Counted from the stretch's first letter, positions 20,470 to 30,214 are shown. The stretch is DNA of 64,000 nucleotides from Candidatus Latescibacterota bacterium (GCA_965237675.1 OZ250150.1:3712001-3776000), one strand, 5' to 3'. Made by a program: numbers and translations. The notes: generated by a model from the letters alone, not told the origin.

Positions 20470-20708
20470 CGTTGCGTTCGTTGCATGCATTGCCTTCGTT
20501 AAGCCTGTCGAAACAAGCTAGTCGAAACGTGGTCATTGAGCTTGTCGAAGCGCCCGCGTTTTGCTACCCTTCGACAGGTCATGGTGCACCGTTCGGTGCC
20601 CTTCGCCGACCCTTCGACAAGCTCGTGGAGCGGCTTAGGGTCCCGGCTAACGATGTTCGTTGCGTTCGTTGCATGCGTCGCATGCGCTGAGCCTGTCGAA
20701 ACAAGCCT
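20470..20708. repeat. REP-like repeat cluster (two direct copies plus inverted TGTCGAA/TTCGACA units)
   Basis: Direct copies start at 20470 and 20658. Perfect 13-bp inverted pair GAGCTTGTCGAAG (20538-20550) and CTTCGACAAGCTC (20612-20624). Confidence 0.75.
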
Positions 20709-20743
20709 ACTGGAAATTTCAAGCAGCAAAAGGGGAATTACGT

Positions 20744-21826
20744 ATGTCTGATAAACGGTATAGAGGCGGCGCGATTGGCCGGACGGGCCGCGGCGGCTAT
20801 GGCCACGGCCTTCATCTGGGCCTGGCGGCGGCGGGCAACGTGGATCTGGTCGCCGTGGCGGATCCGGATGCGGCGGGGCGCGGGGAAGTCGCGGAGGCTG
20901 TGGGCGCGGAACGGACCTTTGGGGATTTCGGGGAAATGCTCAAAAAGGAAGCGCTTGATATCGTAACCGTGGGTCCCCGCTGGTTGGATTGCCACGAGGA
21001 GATGGTGCTTGCGTGTGTGGAAGCGGGCTGCCACGTGTATTGTGAGAAGCCGATGGCGCACAGCCTGGAATCGGCTGACCGGATGCTGTTGGCGGCAGAA
21101 CGGGCGGGTGTCAAGATCGCGGTGGCGCACCAGGGAGTCTATTTGCCACAGGTCCAGGCCGTGAAGCGTATGCTGGACAGCGGAAGCATCGGCCCGTTGC
21201 TGGCGATTTACGCCACCGGCAAGCAGGATCATCGTGGCGGCGGTGAGGACATGATCGTGTTGGGTACACACCTCTTCAATCTCATGCGATTCTTGGGGGG
21301 CGACGTAGCCTGGATGAGCGCACAAGTCGTGGTGGGAGAGCGAGAATTGCGACCAGGGGATGCCTACGAGGCCACGGAGTCCATTGGCCTGATTGCCGGG
21401 GACTCCATACAGAGTTTTTTTGCGTTTCAAAGCGGCACGGCCGGTTTTTTTGTGTCGAGGGCCAATCAGCCGGGCAACGGACAGGGTTTCGGCGTGGAAC
21501 TGGTGGGACGCGACGGACGGCTTCTACTGCGAGGTGGAGCGCCCACCGTGGTTGTGTCGTATCCGTACAGCGTATTGGCGCCGGAGGACCCGTCTCAGAC
21601 GTGGGAGGTGCTGAACCTGGATGCCGCACCGCTGGCCGACGGCAACCGACTGGCGATTCTGGACTTGATTGAAGCTATCGAGCAAGACCGGCAACCCCTG
21701 TCGAGCGGAGTGGATGCCGTTAAGGCGCTGGAGATGGTTCTGGGGGCCTATGCGTCGCAGATCTCAGGCGGGCGCGTGGCATTTCCTATGGCCGACCGCA
21801 CCCACCCACTTGAGGAATTCGTGTAG
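20744..21826 (+). CDS. Gfo/Idh/MocA-family oxidoreductase
   Basis: IGRTGRGGYGHG, VAVADPD, HVYCEKP, GTHLF; start set at ATG 20744. Confidence 0.88.
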   Translation: MSDKRYRGGAIGRTGRGGYGHGLHLGLAAAGNVDLVAVADPDAAGRGEVAEAVGAERTFGDFGEMLKKEALDIVTVGPRWLDCHEEMVLACVEAGCHVYCEKPMAHSLESADRMLLAAERAGVKIAVAHQGVYLPQVQAVKRMLDSGSIGPLLAIYATGKQDHRGGGEDMIVLGTHLFNLMRFLGGDVAWMSAQVVVGERELRPGDAYEATESIGLIAGDSIQSFFAFQSGTAGFFVSRANQPGNGQGFGVELVGRDGRLLLRGGAPTVVVSYPYSVLAPEDPSQTWEVLNLDAAPLADGNRLAILDLIEAIEQDRQPLSSGVDAVKALEMVLGAYASQISGGRVAFPMADRTHPLEEFV

Positions 21827-21884
21827 TCTGAATGCGGCGTTGGCATAGGAGCCTGCGCTTCAGAACCGATTAGAGTACTGAACC

Positions 21885-21931
21885 ACACTATATATTGCGT
21901 TTTAAAGTATATTATTAACTATATATAGTAT
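21885..21931. promoter_or_regulatory. Tandem NrdR boxes
   Basis: ACACTATATATTGCGT (21885-21900) and TAACTATATATAGTAT (21916-21931) match acaCwAtATaTwGtgt at 15/16 and 13/16, with a 31-bp period. Confidence 0.7.
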
Positions 21932-22020
21932 GGTAGGTTTTCTGCGGCGAAGACTCCTGGTTTCCGGATACACGCCGTCAATATCGACTGAACGGATCCG
22001 GAGGTTCATTTACGGATGCT

Positions 22021-22049
22021 TTGGACATCCCGGGGGTTTGTCTTATATT
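22021..22049 (+). promoter_or_regulatory. Putative sigma-70 promoter for the PAC2-family gene
   Basis: TTGGAC-N17-TATATT, about 90 bp upstream of ATG 22139. Confidence 0.4.
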
Positions 22050-22138
22050 ATCCACGAGTGGAATTCGTAAAACCATATTGCATCGGTTTCCGGCCTGCTC
22101 AATCGGCATCACGGCCCCAGGCGGAAGGATGAATTGAG

Positions 22139-23101
22139 ATGAATGCAAAGATTACCAGAGACATATCAGATCGGCTGCGTCCGTCGACAATGTTGGCCGC
22201 GTGGCCGGGCATGGGCAGTGTGGGTGTCGGGGCGCTGGATTACATTCGTCGAAAACTGGATGCGCTGCCATTTGCGGAAATCGACATGAGTGAATACTTC
22301 GCGCCGGAGGCAGTCGTTGTGGAAAAAGGACTGGCCCGCTCGTTCTCGGACCTGCCCAGCCATGTATTTTACTATGTGGAAGAGCCTCCGTTGATCATTT
22401 CCGAAAGCGAAGCCCAGATTCCAGGGATGGGTGGCACGGTTCTGATGGGACATATGCTGGATCTTGCGCAGCGGTTCAAGGTAGAGACCATCTATACGGG
22501 CGCCGCGTATGCGATGCCGATTAGCCACGACGAACCTGTACAGGTGCTCGGGGCGGCCAACGAGGAAGGCCTGCGCGACGCGCTTGCGCAGTACGGCGTG
22601 GAGATCTTGCAGGAAGGACACATTGCCGGTCTGAATGGGTTGCTTCTTGGATCGGCGGGGCTTCGAAATATCAGGGCGGCTTGCCTGCTGGCGACGATGC
22701 CCATGTACGCGCAGATGATGCCGAACCCCAAGGCATCGCGGGAAATTGTCCGAGTCTGGGGGAGAATGCTGGATCTGGATGTGAATATGTCCGAGATCGA
22801 CCGGGCCGTTGAACGGATGGACAACACCATGTCCCAGATAGAAGAAAAGATTCGCACCACCTTTTCCACAATGGAACACGAAAGCGACGACGAAATTGAA
22901 CTGGAGGAAGTGGACGAGGAGCAGGTGCCTCAGGTGGTTATGGAACGGATCGAGCGGCTGTTTGGAGAGGTGGAACACGAAACAACCAAAGAGAAGGCAT
23001 CCCTCTTGAAAAGGGAACTCGACCGGTGGAATTTATACGGTTTGTACGAAGACAGGTTCCTGGGTCTCTTTCGCAAAGATAGTGGCCCCAATCGTGGTTG
23101 A
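22139..23101 (+). CDS. PAC2 (proteasome assembly chaperone-like) family protein
   Basis: AAWPGMGSVG, YTGAA, GHIAGLNGLLL, ACLLATMP, PNPKAS, acidic helical C-terminus. Confidence 0.78.
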   Translation: MNAKITRDISDRLRPSTMLAAWPGMGSVGVGALDYIRRKLDALPFAEIDMSEYFAPEAVVVEKGLARSFSDLPSHVFYYVEEPPLIISESEAQIPGMGGTVLMGHMLDLAQRFKVETIYTGAAYAMPISHDEPVQVLGAANEEGLRDALAQYGVEILQEGHIAGLNGLLLGSAGLRNIRAACLLATMPMYAQMMPNPKASREIVRVWGRMLDLDVNMSEIDRAVERMDNTMSQIEEKIRTTFSTMEHESDDEIELEEVDEEQVPQVVMERIERLFGEVEHETTKEKASLLKRELDRWNLYGLYEDRFLGLFRKDSGPNRG

Positions 23102-23287
23102 ACGTCCCATGGCCGGCCGTTCCTCTGTTTTTTCGGGGTTGTAAATGACAGGTATCGACGGATCTCGATTTACGTCGTTGTTCTCCGGAGAACGACCCGC
23201 GCGTGTTTATGGTTCAATCCCCGGCGCCAGATAGTGGGGTCCCACACGTACAGCTTGTCACAAATGGAATAGGATAAGGAGACAAAA

Positions 23288-24364
23288 GTGTTTCCAGAGC
23301 CTGCCGATAGTTCTCTGTTGAAAATTGATCTGTACAGCGATACGGCAACGAAACCCACCCCTGAGATGCGGGAGTTTATGTGTGCGGCGGAAGTCGGCGA
23401 CGAGCAGCGTGGCGAAGACCCGTCTGTGAATGAGCTGCAGGAGATGGTGGCTGACATGCTGGGCAAAGAAGCCGCATTACTGCTGCCATCAGGCACGATG
23501 TGCAATCAGATCGCCTTTGCGGTGCATTGCCGCCCCGGAGATATGGTTCTCCTGGAACGGAATGCCCATCCATTACATTCCGAAGCGGGCGGAGCGGCCG
23601 TCCTGGCGAGCGCGACCCTCTACCCGATTGACGGGGTCAACGGACACTTTACGGCTGAGCAGGTGGCGGATGCCATTCAGCCCGCGACCCGCTACTGGTC
23701 GGGCTTTCGACTGATGGCCGTGGAACAGACCACAAACCGCCCGGGTGGGCGCGTTTGGCCGTTGGAACAGATGCGGGGGGTCTGCGAGGCGGCACACGAA
23801 CGCGGTGTGCAGACGCACATGGACGGTGCCCGTCTGTTCAATGCGGTTGTCGCGTCAGGGATTTCGGCAAAGGACTACGCGGAAACCTTTGATTCACTCT
23901 GGATCGATCTGAGCAAGGGTCTGGGTGCGCCCATTGGCGGCGTATTGGCGGGCGAGTCCGGTTTCATTGAAGCCGCGTGGCAGTGGAAGCAGCGCGTGGG
24001 CGGCGCCATGCGGCAGGCGGGTTTTGTCGCGGCCGCCGGAACTTATGCATTGAGACACAATATAGATCGGCTTGCCGAGGACCATGCCAACGCCAGGCGG
24101 CTGGCGGTCGGCATCTCGGACGCCCCGGGCATTCAGGTGAATCCGGACGAGGTCGAAACCAATATGGTGAAATTCGACGTAGGTGGTACCGGCGTGAGTT
24201 CGAAAGTATTTTCAAGCCGGTTGCTTGCCGAATGGGGTGTCCGGGTGAGCACGCCGGGCCCCACTGCGATTCGCGCCATCCCCTATCTGGGCATCAGCCA
24301 GGCCGACGTTGATGAAGCCACGCGTGCGATCTGTACACTGGCGGCGGAGTTGGCGCAGGTCTGA
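23288..24364 (+). CDS. ltaE: Low-specificity L-threonine aldolase family
   Basis: IDLYSDT.TKPT, GEDPSV, PSGTMCN, HMDGARLFNA, LSKGLGAP, GGAMRQAG, DHANA. Confidence 0.88.
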   Translation: MFPEPADSSLLKIDLYSDTATKPTPEMREFMCAAEVGDEQRGEDPSVNELQEMVADMLGKEAALLLPSGTMCNQIAFAVHCRPGDMVLLERNAHPLHSEAGGAAVLASATLYPIDGVNGHFTAEQVADAIQPATRYWSGFRLMAVEQTTNRPGGRVWPLEQMRGVCEAAHERGVQTHMDGARLFNAVVASGISAKDYAETFDSLWIDLSKGLGAPIGGVLAGESGFIEAAWQWKQRVGGAMRQAGFVAAAGTYALRHNIDRLAEDHANARRLAVGISDAPGIQVNPDEVETNMVKFDVGGTGVSSKVFSSRLLAEWGVRVSTPGPTAIRAIPYLGISQADVDEATRAICTLAAELAQV

Positions 24365-24560
24365 AACACTGCCGGACAATGATTGAATAGCAGATCACTT
24401 TTTTCGCAAACAGGCCCATAATTCCTTCTCAGGAGCCTCCCCACCAAGAGATGGATCCTTCCGTCCGGCGGCATTAACCCCTAACCGCCCGTCACGATAC
24501 GGAAGTGACAGACTACCCTTCGCGCAGGACAACCAGAAAGGCCTCGGAGCCTACCGACTG

Positions 24561-25379
24561 ATGCGAATCATCGATCCTCACGTTCACGTGTGGGTGAACG
24601 ACCCTGCCTATCCCTGGGCGTCGGACAATCCGAATCCGCCCACGGAAGATGCGACCTGTGAGCTGTTGCTGGAGCAGATGACGCGTCACGGTACGGAAAA
24701 GACCGTGCTGGTGCAGGTGATTCACTACAAGTGGGACAACCGGTACGCGGGCGACTGCCTGAAAAAATACCCGGACCGCTTTGAAGGGGTCTGTCGCGTG
24801 GACCCTGAGAGTCCGGCCGCGGCCGACGATCTGGAACGATGCGTGGAGGAATATGGTTTCCGTGGCGTACGGCTGAGCCCGTCAGCGGGGCCGGAGGGGA
24901 ACTGGTTCACGTCCCCCGACCTGGACCGGCTCTGGCGGAGAACGCGAGATTTGAACGTGCCCATGTGCATTCTTACGGAGCAGGAGCGCCTTCCGGACCT
25001 GGAGCGCTGGATTCGGAAGTACGAGGATGTTCAGGTTTGCGTGGACCATATGGCCAGACCGCGGGTAAACGTGCCCGATGGCGCCGAAAAACTGCTGCAA
25101 CTCGCCCGGTATCCGCAGGTCTACGTTAAGATTTCGGGCACCTGGGCGGTGTCTCACGAGGCTTATCCGTACCGGGATACCCACTTAGTTGTGAAACAGG
25201 TGTACGACGCGTTCGGACCGGAGCGGCTTATGTGGGGTACCGACTGGCCGCTCGTCGAAAAAGAGTGCGGCTATACCGGAGCGCTGGATCTGGTGAGGAG
25301 GGAGCTGGCGTTTCTGAACGAATCGGACCGGGAATGGATCCTGGGCAAGACGGTGCTCAAGCTCTGGCCGTTCGATTGA
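24561..25379 (+). CDS. Amidohydrolase-2 family (lactonase-like)
   Basis: IIDPHVHVW, VDHMA, YVKIS, FGPERLMWGTDWP. Confidence 0.87.
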   Translation: MRIIDPHVHVWVNDPAYPWASDNPNPPTEDATCELLLEQMTRHGTEKTVLVQVIHYKWDNRYAGDCLKKYPDRFEGVCRVDPESPAAADDLERCVEEYGFRGVRLSPSAGPEGNWFTSPDLDRLWRRTRDLNVPMCILTEQERLPDLERWIRKYEDVQVCVDHMARPRVNVPDGAEKLLQLARYPQVYVKISGTWAVSHEAYPYRDTHLVVKQVYDAFGPERLMWGTDWPLVEKECGYTGALDLVRRELAFLNESDREWILGKTVLKLWPFD

Positions 25380-25407
25380 CGAATGGCCTGCAGGCGGGGA
25401 GGCATCC

Positions 25408-26226
25408 ATGTATAAGGTGTCGTACAACGGCACGAACAAGAAGGTCCTCTGGCAGGAGATGTGGCGCCACGAGTTCGAAGAGGCCTTGAGGCATGATCCG
25501 ATTGTAATTCTGCCGACCGGATCGGTGGAGCAGCACGGACCCCACTGCCCGATGGATGTCGATATCGTGGGGCCGTTCTACATGGCGGCTTCGGTGGCGC
25601 AGCGGGTGGAGGACTTTCCCGTGATCGTCGCGCCGCCCATCTGGTCCGGGTTTACACACTACAACAAGGGGTTCGCGGGCACCATCAGCCTGCGGATCGA
25701 GACATACCTGAACCTGGTCGGCGACGTCTGCCGGAGCATCTATGACAACGGCTTCAAGCGTATCGTGATGGTGAACGGGCACGGGGGCAATCAGGCGCCC
25801 AATCACGTCGTGCGGGACACCATTGCCGAGGAGAATGTGTTCGTGGTGGCCTATAGCTGGTGGCAGTCCGTCGCGGCGGAAATGCTCGAATGGAGCGACG
25901 CGGATAACGGCAGTGTCGGGCATGGCGGAGAGTGGGAAACATCGGTCATGCTGCATCTACGGGAGCATCTCATCGCGAAGCCCCTTATGAACGACGACGT
26001 CTTCCCGAATCCATTCAGCGAGGAATTCCGCCATTTCGGTGGGTTTTCGGAGCGGCGTCGGGATACGCGCGATATCACCGGAACGATGGGCAGTTCGACC
26101 GTGGCCAGCGCAGCAAAGGGGGAGCGGGTGTTCAACCTGGCGGTGGACCGGCTGGAGCACCTCGTTCGGGAGTACCACGAACAGCCGGTGAGGCAGTACA
26201 GAGAGTTCGGTTCGCACTGTCTGTGA
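25408..26226 (+). CDS. Creatininase/creatinine amidohydrolase family
   Basis: PTGSVEQHGPHCP.DVD, VNGHGGN, GHGGEWETS. Confidence 0.88.
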   Translation: MYKVSYNGTNKKVLWQEMWRHEFEEALRHDPIVILPTGSVEQHGPHCPMDVDIVGPFYMAASVAQRVEDFPVIVAPPIWSGFTHYNKGFAGTISLRIETYLNLVGDVCRSIYDNGFKRIVMVNGHGGNQAPNHVVRDTIAEENVFVVAYSWWQSVAAEMLEWSDADNGSVGHGGEWETSVMLHLREHLIAKPLMNDDVFPNPFSEEFRHFGGFSERRRDTRDITGTMGSSTVASAAKGERVFNLAVDRLEHLVREYHEQPVRQYREFGSHCL

Positions 26227-26490
26227 GAACCGACCGCGTCGAACCGTTCACCGCCTCTCACACCGGCCCAGACGGGCGACGTCGAGGGGCGTTTTTTTCC
26301 GAATCGGCGATGGAGGAAGGTAAACGGCCTTAGCGAGTGGTTGGAGGCGAGACGATTAACGATGGCGTTCCGATTGATCCGGGTGACGTGGCTGGTCCTG
26401 TCCGGGTCCTGACGCGACCGGATCGGACGTCGCAGCGCTTCTGAGGGTTTAACGCGACACGAAAAGGCATCCGCCAGGAGGGTCCGAGGC

Positions 26491-28107
26491 ATGTCGAATC
26501 TGCTTTATTTTGATTGTCACGCAACCGTTGGGCAGCGGCCGATGAAACATCCCCGGGTGCGCTGGTCTACCGAGCACCTTCTCGAAGATATGGACCTGGC
26601 CGAGATCTCCGGCGCATTGATAACGCACGGCGTGGCCGTGAGTTACGATCCTATTTACGGTAATGATCGGTTACGGTCGGAACGGGCGAAAGCGCCTGGC
26701 AGGCTCTTTCCCGCGTGGTGTATCGTCCCCGTGGGCGACCCCGGCTTCTTCGCCGACGGCGACTCGCTGATCCGGGCAATGGAGGACGAGGACGTTCGGG
26801 CCGTCCGTCTGGTTCCGGGTGGATTTTCATTGCATCCTGAAGTGGCGGGTTCCACGTTCGAGGTGCTGCAACACCACGGAATCCTGACGTTGCTGGAGGT
26901 GGGGTGGGGAACGCCGGATATTTTTCCGTTCTTTCATGAACTGCTGCGCCGGTATCCACGGCTGCCGGTACTGTTGACGGACCACGTCTGGAGCCAGCAG
27001 CGACACGTTTACGCATTGATGCAGCGGCACGAGAATCTGCACCTGGAATTTTCGTCCTACCAGATCAACCGGGGTATTGAGAAATATGTGGCGGATTTTG
27101 GAGACGAACGCCTGTTGTTTGGTACCGGAGGCACGGAAAAGTCGCCCGGCGCGGCGCGCTTTTACGTGGATTATGCCCAAATCTCTGAGACGTCCAAGCA
27201 GAGGATCGCGGGCGAGAATTTGATGAGGTTGTTGAAGGGACAGGGGCCCGTCGAATCGGCCTCGCCCTCGGAGGGAGCCGATGGAATCGTGGCCGAGGCC
27301 AGGGCGGGTCAACCTCTGTCCGTGCCTGTCCTCGACGCCCACTCCCACGTGCTGCACGAAGGCGGGCAGACAGCAGGTGTGAATTATCTCATGTACGACG
27401 GCGACGCCGAACATATGCTGGCCCTGAACGAGCGTTGCGGCATCGACCGAACCGCCATGATGGGTTGGAATGCGCCGGTCTGCGTGGATGCCCACGACGG
27501 CAACGAAATTGTCTGGCGCGCCATGCGGCAATTCGGCGACCAGGTCATCGGCGTGGCGGTTATCGATCCAACCCATATGACCGCTGCCGAGATGGAGGCC
27601 GAGATACGCCTTCGGTACATCGATCAGGGATTCGTGGGAATGAAACCCTATGTGCGGATGAACCTGAATTACGAAGACGACGGATTCACACCCTGGTGGG
27701 AGTTTGGCAACGAGCACAGCCTGTACGCGTTGATGCACGTGGCAGGGCATACGGGCGGCGTGGCCGGTATCGGAAGGCTTGCGGAGCGGTTCCCGGAGGT
27801 GAGTTGGTTGATCGCGCACGCGGGCGGAAGTTATGCGTTTGCGGAGGAGGTGGCCGCCTGCATTCGGGCGCACCCGAACGTGTATGCGGAGATCACGCTG
27901 ACGCCCGTGACCAACCGTGTGGTGGAGTTTCTGGTGTCGGCAACGGACGAGGACCACGTGCTGTTCGGCACGGATGCCCCTATGAGAGATCCGCGCCAGC
28001 AGCTCGGATGGGTGGTGTGGGCGGCGTTGCCCGTAGAGGTAAGAAAGAAGGTTCTGGGCGGGAATTTCCAGCGCATACTGGATCGCGTGAAGTTGCCTCG
28101 CGCGTGA
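26491..28107 (+). CDS. Tandem two-domain amidohydrolase
   Basis: Two TIM-barrel units: FDCHAT...LLFGTG and LDAHSH...IAHAG...VLFGTDAP. Confidence 0.8.
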   Translation: MSNLLYFDCHATVGQRPMKHPRVRWSTEHLLEDMDLAEISGALITHGVAVSYDPIYGNDRLRSERAKAPGRLFPAWCIVPVGDPGFFADGDSLIRAMEDEDVRAVRLVPGGFSLHPEVAGSTFEVLQHHGILTLLEVGWGTPDIFPFFHELLRRYPRLPVLLTDHVWSQQRHVYALMQRHENLHLEFSSYQINRGIEKYVADFGDERLLFGTGGTEKSPGAARFYVDYAQISETSKQRIAGENLMRLLKGQGPVESASPSEGADGIVAEARAGQPLSVPVLDAHSHVLHEGGQTAGVNYLMYDGDAEHMLALNERCGIDRTAMMGWNAPVCVDAHDGNEIVWRAMRQFGDQVIGVAVIDPTHMTAAEMEAEIRLRYIDQGFVGMKPYVRMNLNYEDDGFTPWWEFGNEHSLYALMHVAGHTGGVAGIGRLAERFPEVSWLIAHAGGSYAFAEEVAACIRAHPNVYAEITLTPVTNRVVEFLVSATDEDHVLFGTDAPMRDPRQQLGWVVWAALPVEVRKKVLGGNFQRILDRVKLPRA

Positions 28108-28238
28108 GTGCTTTGACATACCATTCGCAGCTTGCACAACGCCCCTTGCACGGGGCGTCGCAGGCGATTTGGCAGGCGTAGAGTTGGGTGGAGACCGGTG
28201 CGAGGGTGTTTCCACGCTCAGGGAGAGAATTCGGAGAC

Positions 28239-29312
28239 ATGGACAGGATACGAGTGGCTCAATTCGGATTAACCCACCCGCATTCCCTGGCGCATCTGAA
28301 GACGCTCCAGTTGTCGGAAATGGTGCGAGGTATTGTGCTGTACGACGACGATCCGGGGGTTGTCACGGAAGTGCACGACTCGATGGGCGAAAAGGTCCAT
28401 GGATCGTATCACGACCTGGATGAAATGCTCGAGAAGGAGTCCTTTGAGGTCGCGATCGCGGATTTTCAGAATCACGTTAATGGCGCGCTTTGCCTCCGGC
28501 TGATTGAGCAGGGGGTGCACGTGATAAGCGAGAAGCCGATTTCCGGTTCCGCGGCGGAACTCTCGCGTGTTGTCGACGCGGCGTCCCGTTTTGGCGTTAA
28601 GCTGGGCGTGATGTACCAGAATCGGTATCACCCTGCCGCACAGGAGGCGCGCCGATTGGTGCAGGAAGGGATCATCGGCCGGGCAACCGGCTGCGAGGCA
28701 AGGATGATCACGTCGCAGGTCAAGTTTCGGAATCCGCGACACTGGTTGTTCGACAGGCGTAGGGCGGGTGGCGGGATCCTCTCGTGGCTGGGATGTCACT
28801 ATATCGATCTGTTGCGTTATGTGTTGGACGATGACGTGGTCGAGGTCTGTGCGATTGCCGATACCCTGAGCGGCGAGGACATTGACGTGGAAGACGTGGC
28901 GTCGCTCGCATTCCGGTTCAGAGGGGGCGCCATCGGGAGCCTGCATGCCGGGTATCAGCTTACGATGAGCATCCCGGGTTATGCGGGTGCGACGTACGAC
29001 AACTACGTGGGGTTTCGCGGCACCGAAGGAAGGGTGTTCTGGAATCCTGTCGATAGGCCGCCTGTATTGCACGCCGAAAGCGCGACTGCGGACTGGCAGG
29101 CCTCCCCGGTGCGCTCGTTTCGATATACGTTGCCCGAGCTGGACTGTTACGGCGGCGCGTTCGGAATTGCGTTCCTGGAACGTTTTTTCCGGGCCGTGAG
29201 CGGAGACGGAGAGCCGCCGGCCACCGGCGAGGACGCGCTCAAGGTGGGCAGGATCATCGAGGCGGCCTACGAGTCCAGCGAAACCGGCCGTCGGGTGGCG
29301 GTGGAGAGGTGA
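28239..29312 (+). CDS. Gfo/Idh/MocA-family oxidoreductase
   Basis: HVISEKP, GGGILSWLGCHYIDL, DVED, IIEAAYES; start set at ATG 28239. Confidence 0.87.
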   Translation: MDRIRVAQFGLTHPHSLAHLKTLQLSEMVRGIVLYDDDPGVVTEVHDSMGEKVHGSYHDLDEMLEKESFEVAIADFQNHVNGALCLRLIEQGVHVISEKPISGSAAELSRVVDAASRFGVKLGVMYQNRYHPAAQEARRLVQEGIIGRATGCEARMITSQVKFRNPRHWLFDRRRAGGGILSWLGCHYIDLLRYVLDDDVVEVCAIADTLSGEDIDVEDVASLAFRFRGGAIGSLHAGYQLTMSIPGYAGATYDNYVGFRGTEGRVFWNPVDRPPVLHAESATADWQASPVRSFRYTLPELDCYGGAFGIAFLERFFRAVSGDGEPPATGEDALKVGRIIEAAYESSETGRRVAVER

Positions 29313-29388
29313 GTCGGGAAGTGGAAATTGGGAAAGATTGCTTCATTGTCGCTTTTGCCCCGGGTGTCTTGTGGACGATTCCAACGAC

Positions 29389-30201
29389 ATGAGAACATTG
29401 GCGGGGGGAGCGGTACAGTCGCTGGGCCTCGCCGGTTCCCCCGACATGCAGAGCGGGTTCGCCCCGATCGCCCACCGGGCCGGAGTGAATTTCTTTTTCT
29501 TTTACGGCCAGAACTTTAGCGGAATGGTTGACGGTCTGAAGCGCCTGCTCGAGCAGCGCAGGGACAAGGTGTTTATCGCGACGGGTACGGAGTCCCGCGA
29601 CCCGGGTGAAATGCGGGCCTATTTGGACAACGTGCGAAGGATTTTGGGTGTGGATGCGATCGACCTGTTTTTTGCGGAGTATGTGTCGCCGGCCGATGAC
29701 ATTGATGATGTGCTCGGGGAGGATGGCGCGGTGGACGAAATCTGGAAATGGAAGTCCCAGGGAAAAGTCCGCTATGTTGGCGCAACGGCCCATAGTCGGC
29801 CGCTTTCGGTCGCGTTGATCGACAGCGCCCGGATCCAGGTCTTGATGCACCGGTACAATATGGCGCATAGAAAGTCGGAAAAGGCGGTGCTTCCCGCCGC
29901 TGTGGCAGCGGGGATCCCGGTTGTCGCCTTTACGTGTACGCGCTGGGGATCGCTTCTCAAGGGGCATGCCAATTGGCCGGGCCCGGCGCCTACGGCGGCG
30001 GGTTGTTACCGGTTTGTCCTGCAGCATCCGGCTGTCCACCTCGCATTGACCGCGCCGGCCACCGAGACCCACCTGCGGCAAAATCTGACGGTGTTGACAG
30101 AGCCTGGCGAACCGGACCCGGAAGAGATGGCGGCGTGGAAATCATACGGGGACGTGGTTTACGGAGAAGGCGCCGATCCATTTGAAACACGCTGGCCTTA
30201 A
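29389..30201 (+). CDS. Aldo/keto reductase family (divergent)
   Basis: SLGLAG, IDLFF, QGKVRYVGATAH, RYNMAHR, CYRFVL. Start uncertain (29338 or 29389). Confidence 0.75.
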   Translation: MRTLAGGAVQSLGLAGSPDMQSGFAPIAHRAGVNFFFFYGQNFSGMVDGLKRLLEQRRDKVFIATGTESRDPGEMRAYLDNVRRILGVDAIDLFFAEYVSPADDIDDVLGEDGAVDEIWKWKSQGKVRYVGATAHSRPLSVALIDSARIQVLMHRYNMAHRKSEKAVLPAAVAAGIPVVAFTCTRWGSLLKGHANWPGPAPTAAGCYRFVLQHPAVHLALTAPATETHLRQNLTVLTEPGEPDPEEMAAWKSYGDVVYGEGADPFETRWP

Positions 30202-30214
30202 ATCGGGAGGCAGG

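Noticed and set aside
20470-20708. Possible CRISPR array
   Set aside because: Repeats are degenerate, irregularly spaced and in both orientations, with no unique equal-length spacers and no cas genes.
21840-21857. Possible sigma-54 promoter TTGGCATAGGAGCCTGC
   Set aside because: GG-to-GC spacing is 11 rather than the required 10.
26215-26260. Possible Sec read-through at the creatininase TGA (HCL-TGA-EPT)
   Set aside because: The domain is already complete, I saw no convincing hairpin at SECIS distance, and there is no recognised Cys/Sec motif.
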